Source of the DNA: Amphiscolops sp. MND2022
Lineage: Eukaryota
Direction: 5' to 3'
Length of the DNA: 64,000 nt
Assembly: GCA_964187785.1 (NCBI GenBank)
Contig: OZ076419.1
Span: 25,234,001 to 25,298,000, forward strand
In this document: piece by piece, positions 12,141-24,970 of the stretch
How the letters are laid out: each line of letters starts with the position of its first letter
Position numbering within the stretch: the first letter of the stretch is position 1
Position numbers and translations under genes: made by a program
The notes under the pieces: model-generated
Told to the model about the DNA's origin: nothing
What the model saw: only the letters and a program-made list of their open reading frames with translations
Databases searched by the model: none

Positions 12141-12621
12141 GGACAAGAAATCCAAATCAAAGACAATTCCGGTAAGGTAACATTTTACAACAACAAAAAA
12201 AAACAGAAAACAAGCTAGACAAATCAGAATTAGAACTAGCAAGTAACCTAAGCTCTAGTACCGAATTAGAGAATGACTTAGAACAACTAGAAAATACTAA
12301 CCTACGCCGGTCAAAGAGGCTAAAAAAACAAACCCAATTGTTAGACTAAATAACCCAGTTAACCAATCTGATTACAGGAAACACAGCAAAACGACTCAAT
12401 CTGCCACCACTACAGGAATGCTCAGAGGAGATGCCGGAGCAAAACGAAGATGGCGACCAGTAAAACGTCAAAAAGATATACCCAACCCACAACCGGAAAA
12501 ACAACAAGCCTCTCACGGAACACCGGAGAAAATACTACCAGACAATGGACGGATAACCGGACACAACAACATAATGGACAGCAACGGACAATCATACCCA
12601 TTGGATGATTCTCATCTAATC

Positions 12622-12634
12622 AAAGAAGGGGGAA
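12622..12634 (+). promoter_or_regulatory. Polypurine tract of element 1
   Basis: AAAGAAGGGGGAA directly before the 3' LTR. Confidence 0.85.
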
Positions 12635-12824
12635 TGAAGTAGACTGTTGACAAACAACTTTATATGAATCACTGCTGCTATTTTTAGTTTGAACTTATTC
12701 TCATTATTGTTTACCAACAACTACATAACCCTTAATCAAAAGCTGATATCATTACAGTAAACTTTCAGCTAGAGTAAACATTGATCTTAACTTCTTTTCT
12801 CAAGCCTATCTTAGGATTACTTCA
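12635..12824 (+). repeat. 3' LTR of element 1
   Basis: Copy of 6849-7038, preceded by the PPT. Confidence 0.95.
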
Positions 12825-13463
12825 TGGCGCAGCCAGCAATTTAAAGAATTGCAATGGAAGACGAAGAAGGCAACATAACGGGACAGAGCAACAGCCAATC
12901 CCTTCCAAACAATACAACGACGAGATCGGTAGAACGGACAGCTACACAAAAGCTACCCATTCCGATCCTTGAGAAGAATGATCACACCAGTGCAAAACTA
13001 TGGTGGAGAAAATTCGTTCAATACATCAAGATGACCCGTGAAATCGACTTATCAAAAATTACCAACTCCAAAGAGATACTGCCACAATTCAGAGAGCAGT
13101 TGGAGGAAGAAATCAAAGACGTATCCATATGGGCAATTGGCCAATCAGCGATCACGGAAATGACAAAGACGGTAAGAGAAAGGGAACCAAATTCCCTACC
13201 ATTATACCGACTTTACACACTCTTCAGACTCCATTTTATTCCCGAGAGAAACAAACACCACAGTAGAGCAGACTTTTTCAACCTAAAACGAGAACCAGGA
13301 GAATCAGCTGCGGAAACGTGGAAACGCATTCTAGAAATAGAGAAGAATTGCGAATTCGAAGAAATAACGGCAGCCGAATTTCTCGCATCAAAATTCCTAT
13401 CCGTAATTGGAAAAACGACAGGCGATAATGACCTGAAAAAGAAGATAAAAAAAGGGACATGTC
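12825..13463 (+). repeat. Second copy of PBS plus 5' gag of element 1, fused to the 3' LTR
   Basis: Direct repeat of 7039-7677 (offset 5786). The translation is identical up to KKIKKGTC, then the match breaks abruptly. Confidence 0.93.
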
Positions 13464-13724
13464 AGTGGAAAGTACTGCCTGGTAGAGATACAGTTTTTTG
13501 ATGAGGGTTAGGGCATTGAAAGTAGATTGCTAATCCACTTCCGGAGTGCGGTCATTCAATTCAAGATATGTCGAGCGGACCAATCAGTTCGAATATTTGA
13601 TACTAGATCCCGAGGTGAATCCGCTGTTTTGAGTTGTTCAACTTTGTACTGATTTCCTTTGACAGATTGAGTTGACCAATGATTGACTATTGGCCATAGC
13701 CACGAGATTTTCCCAGTTAAAATT

Positions 13725-14482
13725 AGTAGTGAAGTGAAACGCATGAAGTGAAACGCAACTATTATAGTGACTCTTTTTTTTCAATCAACACGAACTGACC
13801 AAAATAGTTCTCAAAAGTTCTACAAAATTTTATGGTCCCAAATTGAATCATTTGGTCTAGCGAACTGAACCAAAAAGGTGTTTCCTCTTTTTCCGCGTAA
13901 CATACCATACCCGGAGAGACGGAAGGGTCCCCCCTTTTTGCCATTGTGAGACTTTTTTCGAAAAAAAAGCCCCAAAGGCCCCCTTTCAATTTTTTCGATG
14001 TTCTACGACAAAATGGATATTGAAAAATCCCAAAGGGTCATCCCCTTTCAGTTTTTCAGCATTGTGAGACTTTTTTCGGAATTTTTTTCACCAATTTTTT
14101 TCACCGTTCAATTTTTTGATGTTTTGCAACAATGGATGTTAAAAAATGCAAAAGGATCCCCTTTTAGCACGCCAGGGGCCCGCGCTAGCAGGCACCTGGC
14201 GCACCAGCTCCGTCGTTTGGATTTTTTGTGAGTTAGTTACTCTTTTTGTGAGTTTGACTTTTTTTTACAATTTCATGTGTATTTGCTATTTTTGAGCCTA
14301 AGATTTGTTAAAAAATGCGAAAGGATTCCCTTTTAGCGCGCCAGTTCTGTCCTTTGGGTTTTTTCGTGGGTTTTATACACTTTTTGTGAGTTTAAAATTT
14401 TGAGTTTTTCGACACTTTCATGTCCTTTTGCTAGTTTTGAGCCTTGGATATGGCGCCGCCTTATACAGTTCCCGGCTTCTTA
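13725..14482 (+). mobile_element. HINE-like element, copy C
   Basis: Shares the 5' block (CATGAAGTGAA...GAACTGACCAAAA), GGGTCCCC subrepeats and the 3' block (TTTTGAGCCTTGGATATGGCGCCGCCT...GTTCCCGGCTT) with copies A, B and D. Confidence 0.6.
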
Positions 14483-14719
14483 TATAATCTCGCGAAACTT
14501 AGAAAATCTTGCGAAACCCAAATATTAAACGCTTGATTGCAATTTTCACGATAAACATTTCAGTTTCAATTTTATACCGTTTTCAGTTCTCGCCAGCTTG
14601 CTTTTCTCTACAACGCTGAACTTTCAAAACTAGTACATTTATTTTTTGCCCATTTTTCATCTGGGAAAGGAAAATACTTTCACTCAACTAAATTTATTCC
14701 AAAACGCATTGTATCAAAT

Positions 14720-15303
14720 TTATACACGATTTGAAGCTGTCGTAGCCGTCATCAATCTCCTGAGAGTCAACTGAACTCTCTCTAGGGTGATTGTTTCAAT
14801 TACTATTAGTTGAGGTTTATTTGAGGAAATATACACGTGTTTTACGGTTGTTTTTACCGTTCGTACTCTGCTGCAGTCCGTTTGACCAAAGGTCCACTTT
14901 TGTATTAAAAGTGGCGTCCCGTGTTTCCATTGCATTATGGATGCTTGGGAAGACTTTCTCCCCGCAGACTTCTTAAATCTAACATGCGAATTTAAGTCTA
15001 ACTGATCTCCTCAAGTTTTCTGGACAGGGAAGAAACTTCTGAGTTACATACTCTCCTTGTTTCGGCCGCGATTTGACTGTTTTCGCCAGTATTAGTGTTC
15101 AGAAGTTGTCTAGAATTCTCTCCAATTTGGATTGTATTTCTATGCTGTCTCCTCGACTACTCTGAGTCTACTTCAATTTCTTGACTTTGAAAACTTTTCT
15201 CAGGGAAGTTTCCCAACATCACATCCATATTTTCAGTATCTGACATGAAGTCAGAGTGCCTTGAACGCTTTTCCTTAGCCTTTTGCTTTCTGGTTGAAGA
15301 CAT
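14720..15303 (-). pseudogene. Degenerate ORF remnant, possibly the gag/ORF1 N-terminus of a retroelement
   Basis: ATG at 15303 gives MSSTRKQKAKEKRSRHSDFMSDTENMDVMLGN..., broken by stops. A TGGTATCAG PBS-like motif lies upstream on the same strand at about 16090-16098. The family assignment is recall or inference only. Confidence 0.35.
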
Positions 15304-16299
15304 GACAAAGTGCAAACTTCGTTTCAGGACTAAATTTCAAGGTATTAAGATCAAACGTCAAACAGAGCGATGAAGTATTTCAAAGTTTGTGGTAAACGAG
15401 TAGCAACGATAATGGATGAATTAACAACAAATCCTTGCTATATATAGTAAAAACACCATAACACCAACAAATTAGGATGTCATGAAATCAAAATAGGGTG
15501 ACGCCATTTTAGTTATAAATCGTAACAAACTGATTTTTACATCATATTATCTAAGATTCTAAAAATAGAAATAGCAAAGAATTAGGAATTGAACATTTAT
15601 ATGCTAATCTAAATGTTTACATGCGGATAACAATACATGTTTTAAAGTACAACAAAGTAAACATTGGACATCACGTCAAACTGACTACACTAATAGCTAA
15701 CTAAGTACACATAGAGCGAGAGTGCCTTTAACGTTCGTTTGACTGCAGTCTAATTATAAGGTACATGAGCGCTGTGATTGGTTAATTACGTTGCTGACAG
15801 CGCATCAGCTGGACCGCATCGTGATACTAGTTGAACGCGTTTCCTTCAGCACTTACAGTAGCGCAGCTCATTTCAAATTCATTTCAACATTTTAAATCTA
15901 CAATTGAACTACAATTCAACAAGTTATAGTTCACGATTATCACCAATGTATTAAATTTATATTTAAGATAAAATACTACTAAAAGTACAGTAAGTTTACA
16001 GTAGTTTGTTGCTGTCGAAAAGATTCTCTGTCCCGATCGTTTTAAGTAGGCAGAACACCAGGGACAGAGGTATCGCCTTGAGTTCTGATCTGATACCAGT
16101 TGCCGTTACACGCGGCAGCTTGCGACAGAAGTGTATATTTTATACCCATAAAATTCAACTAACATACAATTAGTTTCAATAGATATGTTATTGTGAATTT
16201 AGAACTGATTCAGTTGTCCCCCGAAACTATCCGAAAATGACCCAAAAAAACTGTATCAGAACTTTCCGATTTTTTAACGTTTTCATGCATTTCATGTCA

Positions 16300-16870
16300 A
16301 ATTTTCGATAGATTTCCAGGATCAAAACGTTAAAAACGTTCAACCACGAACGAATCTGTTCTCCAGTAGGCTTTTTGTCGAAGAGATAAAGGCACTATTG
16401 ATTTGAAAAGTGACTCAAATTGACCCCAAAATTGTTGTCAAATCCAAAATTTTCCAAACATTGACTATTTTGCAAATTTTGTAATATTTTCGAGAGATTT
16501 CGTGTATCAAAATAGTGAAAACCTTCAGCAACGAATAAACACATTATCTACTGCGCTTTTCGAAACAATTGCAGTTTTGTGCTCGAAAAGTGCCAGAAAA
16601 TGACAACAAAGTGGTCAAAAAGATTTTTTCGAAATCTTTTTTTGTTAATATGGTACAGATTTGGAAAATTCCTTCGCTTAAAACGTTCAAAAAAGAGAGA
16701 CTAGCTATGCTGTTTAATGCAAAATTTACCGTTTTTTGCCTAAACTATATTGAAATGACTCAAAATTTTTCGAGAAGTCAATCTTTGTGAACATACGTTC
16801 GAAAGAGTTCGTAGATTACGATCTTTAAAATGTTCAACAACGAATGAAGTAGTTCTCCAGTTTGCTTCTT
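16300..16870. repeat. Degenerate tandem repeat, about 150-185 bp period
   Basis: Recurring AAAACGTTCAAC(A/C)ACGAA...TTCTCCAGT-like motif near 16330, 16520, 16680 and 16830. Confidence 0.4.
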
Positions 16871-18295
16871 TAAGAGAGATTTGCAGTTTCTGTTAGAAAA
16901 CACATTAAATTGGAAAAAAGTCGAAATCACTAAAATTCTTATTATATTCGTATCTTGTTAAAAAGGTTCTATTTAGAAAATTGGCTCAAAATTTTGACTT
17001 TTTAAATAACTTTTTCGGCAAGTTAGATACTCGCATCCACACAGCTCAACAACAAAATTATTAGGTACTTACCGTGTTCTTCACTAAAATATTTTGCTTT
17101 AAAAATGGGATAAAGTGAATCATAATGTGTGAGAGTTTTCATTTCTTCAAACTTCTATACATTTTCATAGTGCATTCACAACTCTCGAGCCTCAAAATTA
17201 TGTCGCTGCTAGAACAGCTTGGGGCAGAAAATATTTCGCTGGTCTGCGGGCGTCTTGTTTCACTTTAACTGCTTCAGCTGTTATCAAAATTCATTGATTG
17301 CCATTTTTCTAGCTTTTTTGCTTCTTAAAATGTGAAAATTTGTGTGGCGGAAACAAGAGAAACACCTTGGCAACTTGCATTGTTAAAATTGTATAAGCAT
17401 ATTTGCAGAACGCTGTCTTTTTCCCTTAAAATATTACTTCTCTCAAAATGCTGCTCTGGTTAAATTGAATTGTTGCAGACTGGCTAGGATAGCCAGAAAT
17501 AAATATTAACAGTTTGGTCCAGTTGGTCCGGTTTCTAGCCGGGATTTGGGAAGCTCACGGTCTGTGTATAGAATTGAGGGACAAAGAATTTCCCTGACAA
17601 ATAAATAATGTATTATTCCATTGTCTGGAGTGTCTTGAGTTCCCAATTTCGGACAAGATGCAAAAAACAGGAGTGAACAGGTTGTGAAAACATGACAGAA
17701 AAAAGTAGGTTCTTAAAGAAGAGAGTCCCATTTCGGCGTGCTGAGTCAACATAGCCATTTTACTTATGGGCAAGGACTTCATTCTTTTTTAGGAAAGCAA
17801 AATTCATTTGGAGAAATCTATTTTCAGCTTGATCGACTTTGAACCGCCGTGGTGTTATAACAAACTCTGTAGAACAAATTGAAAGCCACAGATAACATTG
17901 AGCAGTTGAACCTGCCGTTCTAAAAGTGTGACGGTGTTGAAAAAGAATCTTGAAATAATCTTCTGTGTAATACAATCCTTTCGATTTCAGGGTAAAATCA
18001 GCGGTATTCGTAGAAGAATTTGAGTGCTTTCTCTTTTTTTTTGTGCAATGGTAAGTTTTTTTATTAAGTTTTGAGTGGAGAACACTATTTGTTGACGACT
18101 TTCAGATCTTTTATCAGATATTTATCTCTTGTAACAACTCATAACATGTCCAGAGAAAGATGTGTACAGATTTGCTATTCTCAATACACAACTCTGCTAG
18201 AAGATTTCAATAATTATCGTTTTTTCCGTCCACAAGAGTTTAACATTCTTCATGAAAACAACATTTCAATCGCAATTATTTTAGGAGACTTCTGT

Positions 18296-18650
18296 TTTTA
18301 GTCGGCGCTTCATGAAGTGAAAAGTGACTATAATTGTGACAATTTTTTTTCAATGCACACGAACTGACCAAACTAGTTCTACAAAGTTTTTAAACGCCAT
18401 ATTGTACTATTTGGCCCAGGGAATAAAATCGGACGAGACTAAAGGGTCCCCCTTCCTTATATCATTTCGGCCCTGTGAGACTGTTTCTCGAAAATTTTCT
18501 AAGGTCTCCGAAAGGCGTCCCTTCTTTTTTTGAAATTTTGCAACAGCAGGGATGTTGAAAACTCCCAAAGTATCCCTTTCTAGCGCGCTTCGGGTTTTCT
18601 AGATTATGGATTTTCGGGTACTACGAATAAAAATGCTTGACACTTTGAAG
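18296..18650 (+). mobile_element. HINE-like element, copy D, 5' portion
   Basis: TTTTT then 5' repeat AGTCGGCGCT (18300-18309), then the family 5' block and subrepeats, breaking at GACACTTTGAAG. A matching 3' stub resumes at 19526-19558 and 24971-25005. Confidence 0.6.
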
Positions 18651-19558
18651 AGGATGAAAAAGGATATAATTTAATTGAAAGTCATTAGTTAACGCTTTCA
18701 GTATTTAGTAGAAACCTAAACACAACCAATTTGGACGGAAAATGAGTTTCATAACTATCCTTGTCTCTGCCCACAGAACAAAAACCAGATAGAGTCTGTA
18801 TTAGCCAGTGAAACATCGACTTTTTTCTCATTACCTAAAAAAACAAATCCAACTTTTCTGTGCTGTTAAACTCAAACAAACAAATGACAGGTTTCATTCA
18901 CATATGACGATATATTATATCTATTCCGGGTCATAAAGTCTGCATGGATCAAATTGAAGGTTTCCAACCAGTCGTACGCTCTTCTAATGGTGTTTTCAAC
19001 TGATTTAGACTCACTGAAAGTGCTATTAAATGTAGAAGGCAAACGTCCAAGCTTCCGCCACCTGGTTTTGTAGTAATGAGCATTTTCAGTTAACTAGTTC
19101 TGCTGTTGAGGAGATGTGTTTCTCATTTGTTGGAGTAGGGCCATCAACACTTTTCCGATGAACAATTTAAAAACTCATCAATCTATGACCTTTCGAGATA
19201 GCTCGAAGGCTGTCACGTTTTTTCTTGGAAAATAGCTCTCAGGAAGTGTACTTCTTCAAAGCTTTTCCAATTAAAAACTTCAGATAAACATTTTTCAATG
19301 ATTGGCGAACAACACTTCAGGATCTCTTTTCTGATACCATAACAGCTATTGTTTTTTTGTTTTTTCTTTTTTTGCTCTTTTTTTCACTTTTTTGGATTAG
19401 TTTGTGATAACACGATACAGTTTTCATATCTAGTATTTTGATATGACTGCATGTTGGATGAGGTTGTTGCGGAATCTAAGCTCCCATACTGAGTAAAGTT
19501 TGTGGTGTTTCTTGGTTTGGTCTCAGAAGTCATTTCGCCATTTTTCAGCCTTGAGCGG

Positions 19559-19869
19559 TGTATCGGGGCTACAAACTGTCATACCAAAACAATAGAAAAG
19601 AGCAATACAAAACAATCTATTAAAACTGAAGTGACAGCAATCTAATTAATTAAAGTGACCAATTAATAGCAGTCTTATGTTTGTAGTTGTTGATATATAT
19701 ATTTGTACATTAGATACCAGCAACATTATAGACCATCGTAGTGATGGCCCATCCACTTTGCCACATGGTCTTCATAGAAATAGATTCTTGTCTCGCTTCC
19801 CTTTATTCCTGAAACAGTAGCAGTATCAGAACTTCAGTAGAATTACGTATTACTACTTAAACTATAACA
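19559..19869 (+). repeat. 5' LTR of element 2
   Basis: TGT...ACA, 311 bp. Confidence 0.97.
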
Positions 19870-22800
19870 TGGCGCTGCGAGCACCTGAATACTCAGGAGG
19901 ACCACAAGCAATTGCAGGTCTACCAACTTACTGGACTGACGCATCAAAAACACCCACATTAGAATGGGAAAAGTGGATAGACCTCTTTGAGGTAGCGTTA
20001 ATGGCGAAAAACAATATCTCAGTATCTGAGCTGACGAAGACGACAGGAGCAAAAGAAAAATGTCTAATGGGAGATTTAGACGAAATACCCGCAACGAAGA
20101 AGGCAATAAGCGTTCTATATCTGGCATTGGGAGCTGCAGGGAGAAAAACAATTGCAGACAAGTTTCCGACGACAAATATAGCAACAGTAAATCTAACGGA
20201 TTTACTAAAGAACTGCAAAGAATGTTTCGAGAAACCAAAGAACGAAACATTGGATAGATTCAAATTCCTATCCAGAAAACAGAAAGAAGGAGAATCACTC
20301 AAACAATTCTGGAACGAATTGAACGGATTAGCATCAAAATGCAACTTTGGAGCAATAACCGAAAGCTTAGTGAAAGATGTATTCATAGTGAATATGAATA
20401 ACAAAGAAGTACAACAAAAGCTGTGCACTGAACCCAAAACAAACGTAAATGACAACATACAATTTGCAATTGCATACGAAGAAGGAACGATAAGACAACA
20501 ATCGTTTGAAACATTGGAGAAACCCAAAATAAAAGCAGAACCGTCCGAAATAAATAACATAAATCAAAGTGCAAAAAGATGGGGACCCCAAAAGAAATGC
20601 TTTCGCTGTGAAGGAATCTTCACCCCACAACACTTAAAAGAGTGCAAGGCAATAGGAATAACTTGCATGAAATGCGGAAAAAAGGGGCACTTCGCAAAAT
20701 GCTGCCAAACAAAAGGAGCTGGAAATTTTGCAAAAAGCAGAAAGGTTGCAAAACCACCACAAAGAATTCAACGAATTGGCGAATGGAGCGACAGTGAGAA
20801 TGAAGGGTCAATAGTAGACGAAGAAAAAGTGGTACTAACCATAGAAGGTGACGAAAATGGACACTTCACGATGAAGGGCAAAATCAACGGCAATGAATTT
20901 CAGACAATGGTAGATTCAGGATCGCCAGTAACCATCTTCGAAATAGATGAATTGAAGAAAACAATGAAACGAAAAACACTATTCATCAGGTTATTACCCA
21001 GCGATGAGGAACACGTGGATTTCAATCGGAAGAAACTAGAATTGTTGGGCTACATATTCTGCCATCTGGAAGTTGGGGAAAGTAAACTCAACAAAGCAAG
21101 AATATTAATCGCACAGAAGGGAGCAAAATCGCTAATTAGACGAGATTGGCTGAATGCTTTCAACTACAAATTTGTATCACCCAATCAAAGTGAAGGTAAA
21201 CAAGCTATTTATAAAATTAGTAGTAATTCGAGCAAAAACAGTAAAATAGAAAAAGAGAACGAAAAGAGCATTCACAATGAAGTGAATGAACAAACAAAAA
21301 TAAAGGAACAATTTAACGAACTATTTACAAGACAAGGGAAATTAATAGGCCATGAAGTCAAAATAGAATTCAAACCACATGCAAAAATAACACAACAAAA
21401 GGGTAGAACAGTACCCATTCAACTGCAAGATGCAGTACAAAAGGAAATAGAAAGGTTGTTGCATGAAGGACACATTGAAAGAGTAAAAGAAGTAACGGAC
21501 AAACAATTCATTCAGCCAATAGTAATCACGGTGAAAAGAGATAAGAGTGTGAAAATAGCACACGACGCACGCGCATTAAACAAAGAAGTCGTAAAAGATA
21601 AATACCAAATGCCGAATTTAGAGCACCTTGTCGATATGGTAGCAGAACAATTAGATACAGAAAACGAAGGAATAGCATGGTATACTTCTCTTGACATGCA
21701 ATACGCGTACGGACAAGTGCCACTGAATAAAGAAACAGCAAAACACTGTAATTTCCAAATAATAGGAGGGAAAACTACTGGAACATACAGATTTGTAACA
21801 GGTTTTTACGGTTTAACAGTAATGCCAACCGAGTTCCAAAAAGCCATGGACACCGAATTAGCAAACATCCCCAACACGTACGTATTCCTAGATGATATCC
21901 TTGTAGTAACAAAAGGATCAAAAGAAAATCACTAGAAAGTGGTAAAAACAGTATTAACAAAGCTAAATAAAGCTAACGTTAGACTAAAATGGGGAAAATG
22001 TAATTTAGCACAAAAAGAAATTGAATGGTTGGGATATAAATTATTCCAAAATGGAATAAGCCCAATAAACACCAAAATACAAGCAATAACTGAAAAACTT
22101 AGACCGAAAAATCTAAAGGAACTACGTTCTTATCTGGGAGCTGTAAACCAGATGAACAGATTTATACCGAATTTAGCCCAACTTTGCTTTCCACTAAGAC
22201 CTTTACTAAAAAAGGATAAAACATGGAACTGGAAGGAGAAACACGAAAAAGCTTTTAAAGAAATAAACGAACAGGTAAAAAGAGTAATAGAAGTGGGACA
22301 CTTCAAGAAAAGCGAAAATATCCGAATAATATGCGACGCAAGTAAAGCCGGATTAGGCGCTGTACTACAACAACAAGACGAGATTGGATGGAGACCAATA
22401 CATTTCGCATCCAGATTTTTAACGCCACTAGAAGAAAACTATTCCATAAACGAATTGGAACTACTCGCCGTTGTATGGGCGATTGAGCATTTTAAAAACT
22501 ACTTATACGGAATAAAATTCCAAGTGGTATCAGACCACAAGGCACTAGCAACAGTGCTGAAAGGAAATAAAGGCAATAAAACCTACTCGAGTAGACTCAC
22601 TCGATGGGTAGATCGACTACTACCGTTTGACTTTGACATATTCCACGCACCTGGAAGAACAATTGGCATAGCTGACTACCTTTCACGCCATCCATCACAA
22701 ATAGAAGGAGAAAGCGTAAAAGCTAAAGAATTATGGAACAACTGGTTCACAGTGAACCATGTAAATAATGTAAATAGTATTTTAGCTGAAGAATTCACTC

Positions 22801-24572
22801 GACCAATCAGAGGACGACAATGGTTGAAACTCAACCGCGAAGATAGACGCAGCAAGAGTGAACAAACACACGCGAGCAAGCAAACAACGCAACTGACCAA
22901 AATGGGACAGAACAACTCAACAAACGCCTTAGCAGGTAAACGAATCTCAAAGCAATTTGAATCGAAAAATGAAATAGCCAACAAAATTGGTGAAAACATG
23001 CTTATCGCAAATTATAACGATGACGAAAACCTATAAAAACTAATCAAATTAGTAAAATGTCCTACAAAAGCAAAAATCAAAGCTCTGGAAAGCCCGTGGA
23101 GAGAGAGATTTAATTCAATCTCCATTGATGAAAATAACTTACTCTACATGGATGATCGTCTTATAATACCGAAAAACTTACAGACTCCCATCAAAAATTC
23201 GCTACATTGGGGCCACCCCGGACGTGACCAAATGTTAAGGCAAATTATCGATATTTGGTGGCCAAAGATACACAGAGACATTACGCTACTTACCAAAACA
23301 TGTCCAGAATGCAGAGCAGCAGGTAAGTCAATAAAACGAATGTTAAATCAAAAACAATTTGGCAAACTACCAACACCAAAAGAAGTAAATGAAGAAATTG
23401 CAATAGACTTCGCTGGCCCATTCAAAATAGCAAAAAGTTCAAAGAAATACTTAATAGTATCGATCGACAGTAAAACAGGCTGGCCGGACGCAAAATTTAT
23501 GCGAGACCCAACTACTAATAAAGTAATAGAATTCCTCGAAAGATATATTGCAGATAATGGCATCCCAAAAAAAATTCGAACAGATCCGGGAACAGCATTT
23601 ACAAGTAACAAATTTAAACAATTTTGTCAAAAATACTTTATACAACACATAAAATGCCCCATATATGATCACCGCGGTAATGGTAAAGTAGAAAGACTTA
23701 TACGCACAATAAACGAAAGACTGAGAACCAACAAAAGAATAATACTGGATAAAGAAAATACCGGACTATCAGAAATATTATACTCAATACGAAATGCACC
23801 AAAAAGTAATAACGTATCACCAGCGGAACTACAACTAGGGAGAAAATTAACTACAATCAAAGAAATCATAACTACAAAACCAACTACAAACTACAATTCT
23901 GTTTCAGATAACGACAAAGACTTCGAACTGGAGATGAGTGATTTTCCCCAAGAACAAGATTCAGAAATAATGGTCAGAGAAAGAGCACGGGGCTCAAAAC
24001 TAGAAGAAGTCTACAAGCGAAAGAAAGGACGAATCACAGGCGAAACACAGCATACGCTGACAATGAAAGAAAGTGGAAAATCAACAGCGCAAACATTCAG
24101 CAAACGTGAAATAGCGAAGCCACAACAATTGGTCCAACAAAGCAGCCAATCAAAACACACGAATCCACCACAACACAAGAAGGACATAAAACAAACCAAA
24201 ACCAACGAACAACAAAACACAAAGAAAAGAAGAGAGAAGAAAATCCCAACAGAATTCAAACGTCTCGCAAATTGGAGAGAACTATTAGAGTCAGAAGACG
24301 AAGAAGAAAACGATCAACGAAGAAATGAAAGAAAACAAACAAACCCACCAAAAACACCAATAAAAGCAACAGTCAACTGGGAAAAACCACAACTGACAAC
24401 AGAAGAACCAGAAAGTGAAAACGAAACAGATAGCAATACAAGCAATGATCGACCAAAAAGAAACCGCAAGACACCGGACTACTATGGAAACCCGGTCATG
24501 ATATGTGGAATAGAAAACACAAACGAAGACGGAGAAAGAGAGGTAATCACAATCTCGAGTGACGAAAACTAA
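19869..24572 (+). pseudogene. Single-frame gag-pol of element 2 (1568 codons) with two premature stops
   Basis: ORFs 19869-21935, 21939-23036 and 23148-24572 are all in one frame, separated only by TAG (21933) and TAA (23034). Two Zn knuckles, protease VDSGS, RT FLDD, RNaseH CDAS, integrase HWGH...CPEC, IDF/TDPG/ER. No env. Confidence 0.95.
19870..19883 (+). promoter_or_regulatory. Primer-binding site (tRNA-Ser-like), lying inside the gag frame
   Basis: TGGCGCTGCGAGCA directly after the LTR terminal CA. Confidence 0.8.
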
Positions 24573-24648
24573 ACAAGTAAATTGCACTAGTCAAAGCCCA
24601 AAGATATTTATGTTGAACCCAAACCACAGAGCTCGTCAAGAATCGAAC

Positions 24649-24657
24649 AGAGGGGAA
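24649..24657 (+). promoter_or_regulatory. Polypurine tract of element 2
   Basis: AGAGGGGAA directly before the 3' LTR. Confidence 0.8.
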
Positions 24658-24970
24658 TGTAACGGGGCTACAAACTGTCATACCAAAACAATAGAAAAGA
24701 GCAATACAAAACAATCTATTAAAACTGAAGTGACAGCAATCTAATTAATTAAAGTGACCAATTAATGGCAGTCTTATGTTTGTAGTTGTTGATATATATA
24801 TATTTGTACATTAGATACCAGCAACATTATAGACCATCGTAGTGATGGCCCATCCACTTTGCCACATGGTCTTCATAGAAATAGATTCTTTTCTCGCTTC
24901 CCTTTATTCCTGAAACAGTAGCAGTATCAGAACTTCAGTAGAATTACGTATTACTACTTAAACTATAACA
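24658..24970 (+). repeat. 3' LTR of element 2
   Basis: Copy of 19559-19869, followed by the TSD. Confidence 0.97.

Larger units (their letters stand above)
6849..12824 (+). mobile_element. Ty3/Gypsy LTR retrotransposon, element 1 (Mag-like, decayed)
   Basis: Two 190-bp LTRs (TGAAGTA...TACTTCA), PBS and polypurine tract (PPT). Domain order gag-PR-RT-RH-IN. No TSD, because the 3' flank is rearranged. Confidence 0.95.
19559..24970 (+). mobile_element. Ty3/Gypsy LTR retrotransposon, element 2 (Mag-like, full length, young)
   Basis: LTRs of 311 and 313 bp differ by 3 substitutions and one TA indel. 5-bp TSD AGCGG at 19554-19558 and 24971-24975. PBS, PPT and a single gag-pol frame are present. 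Confidence 0.98.

Noticed and set aside
12418-12642. Possible env or extra ORF before the 3' LTR of element 1
   Set aside because: Only 74 aa, with no signal peptide or transmembrane segment, and it runs into the PPT/LTR.
21933-23036. Programmed readthrough at the two in-frame stops of element 2
   Set aside because: The TAG lies inside RT just after FLDD rather than at a gag/pol boundary, and neither stop has a CARYYA or CTAG-type context. Each is one substitution from a sense codon, so ordinary nonsense mutations are more likely.
7427-24587. Numerous minus-strand ORFs over elements 1 and 2 (e.g. 19928-20560, 11081-11578)
   Set aside because: They are antisense shadows of A-rich gag-pol codons, with hydrophobic low-information translations and no motifs.
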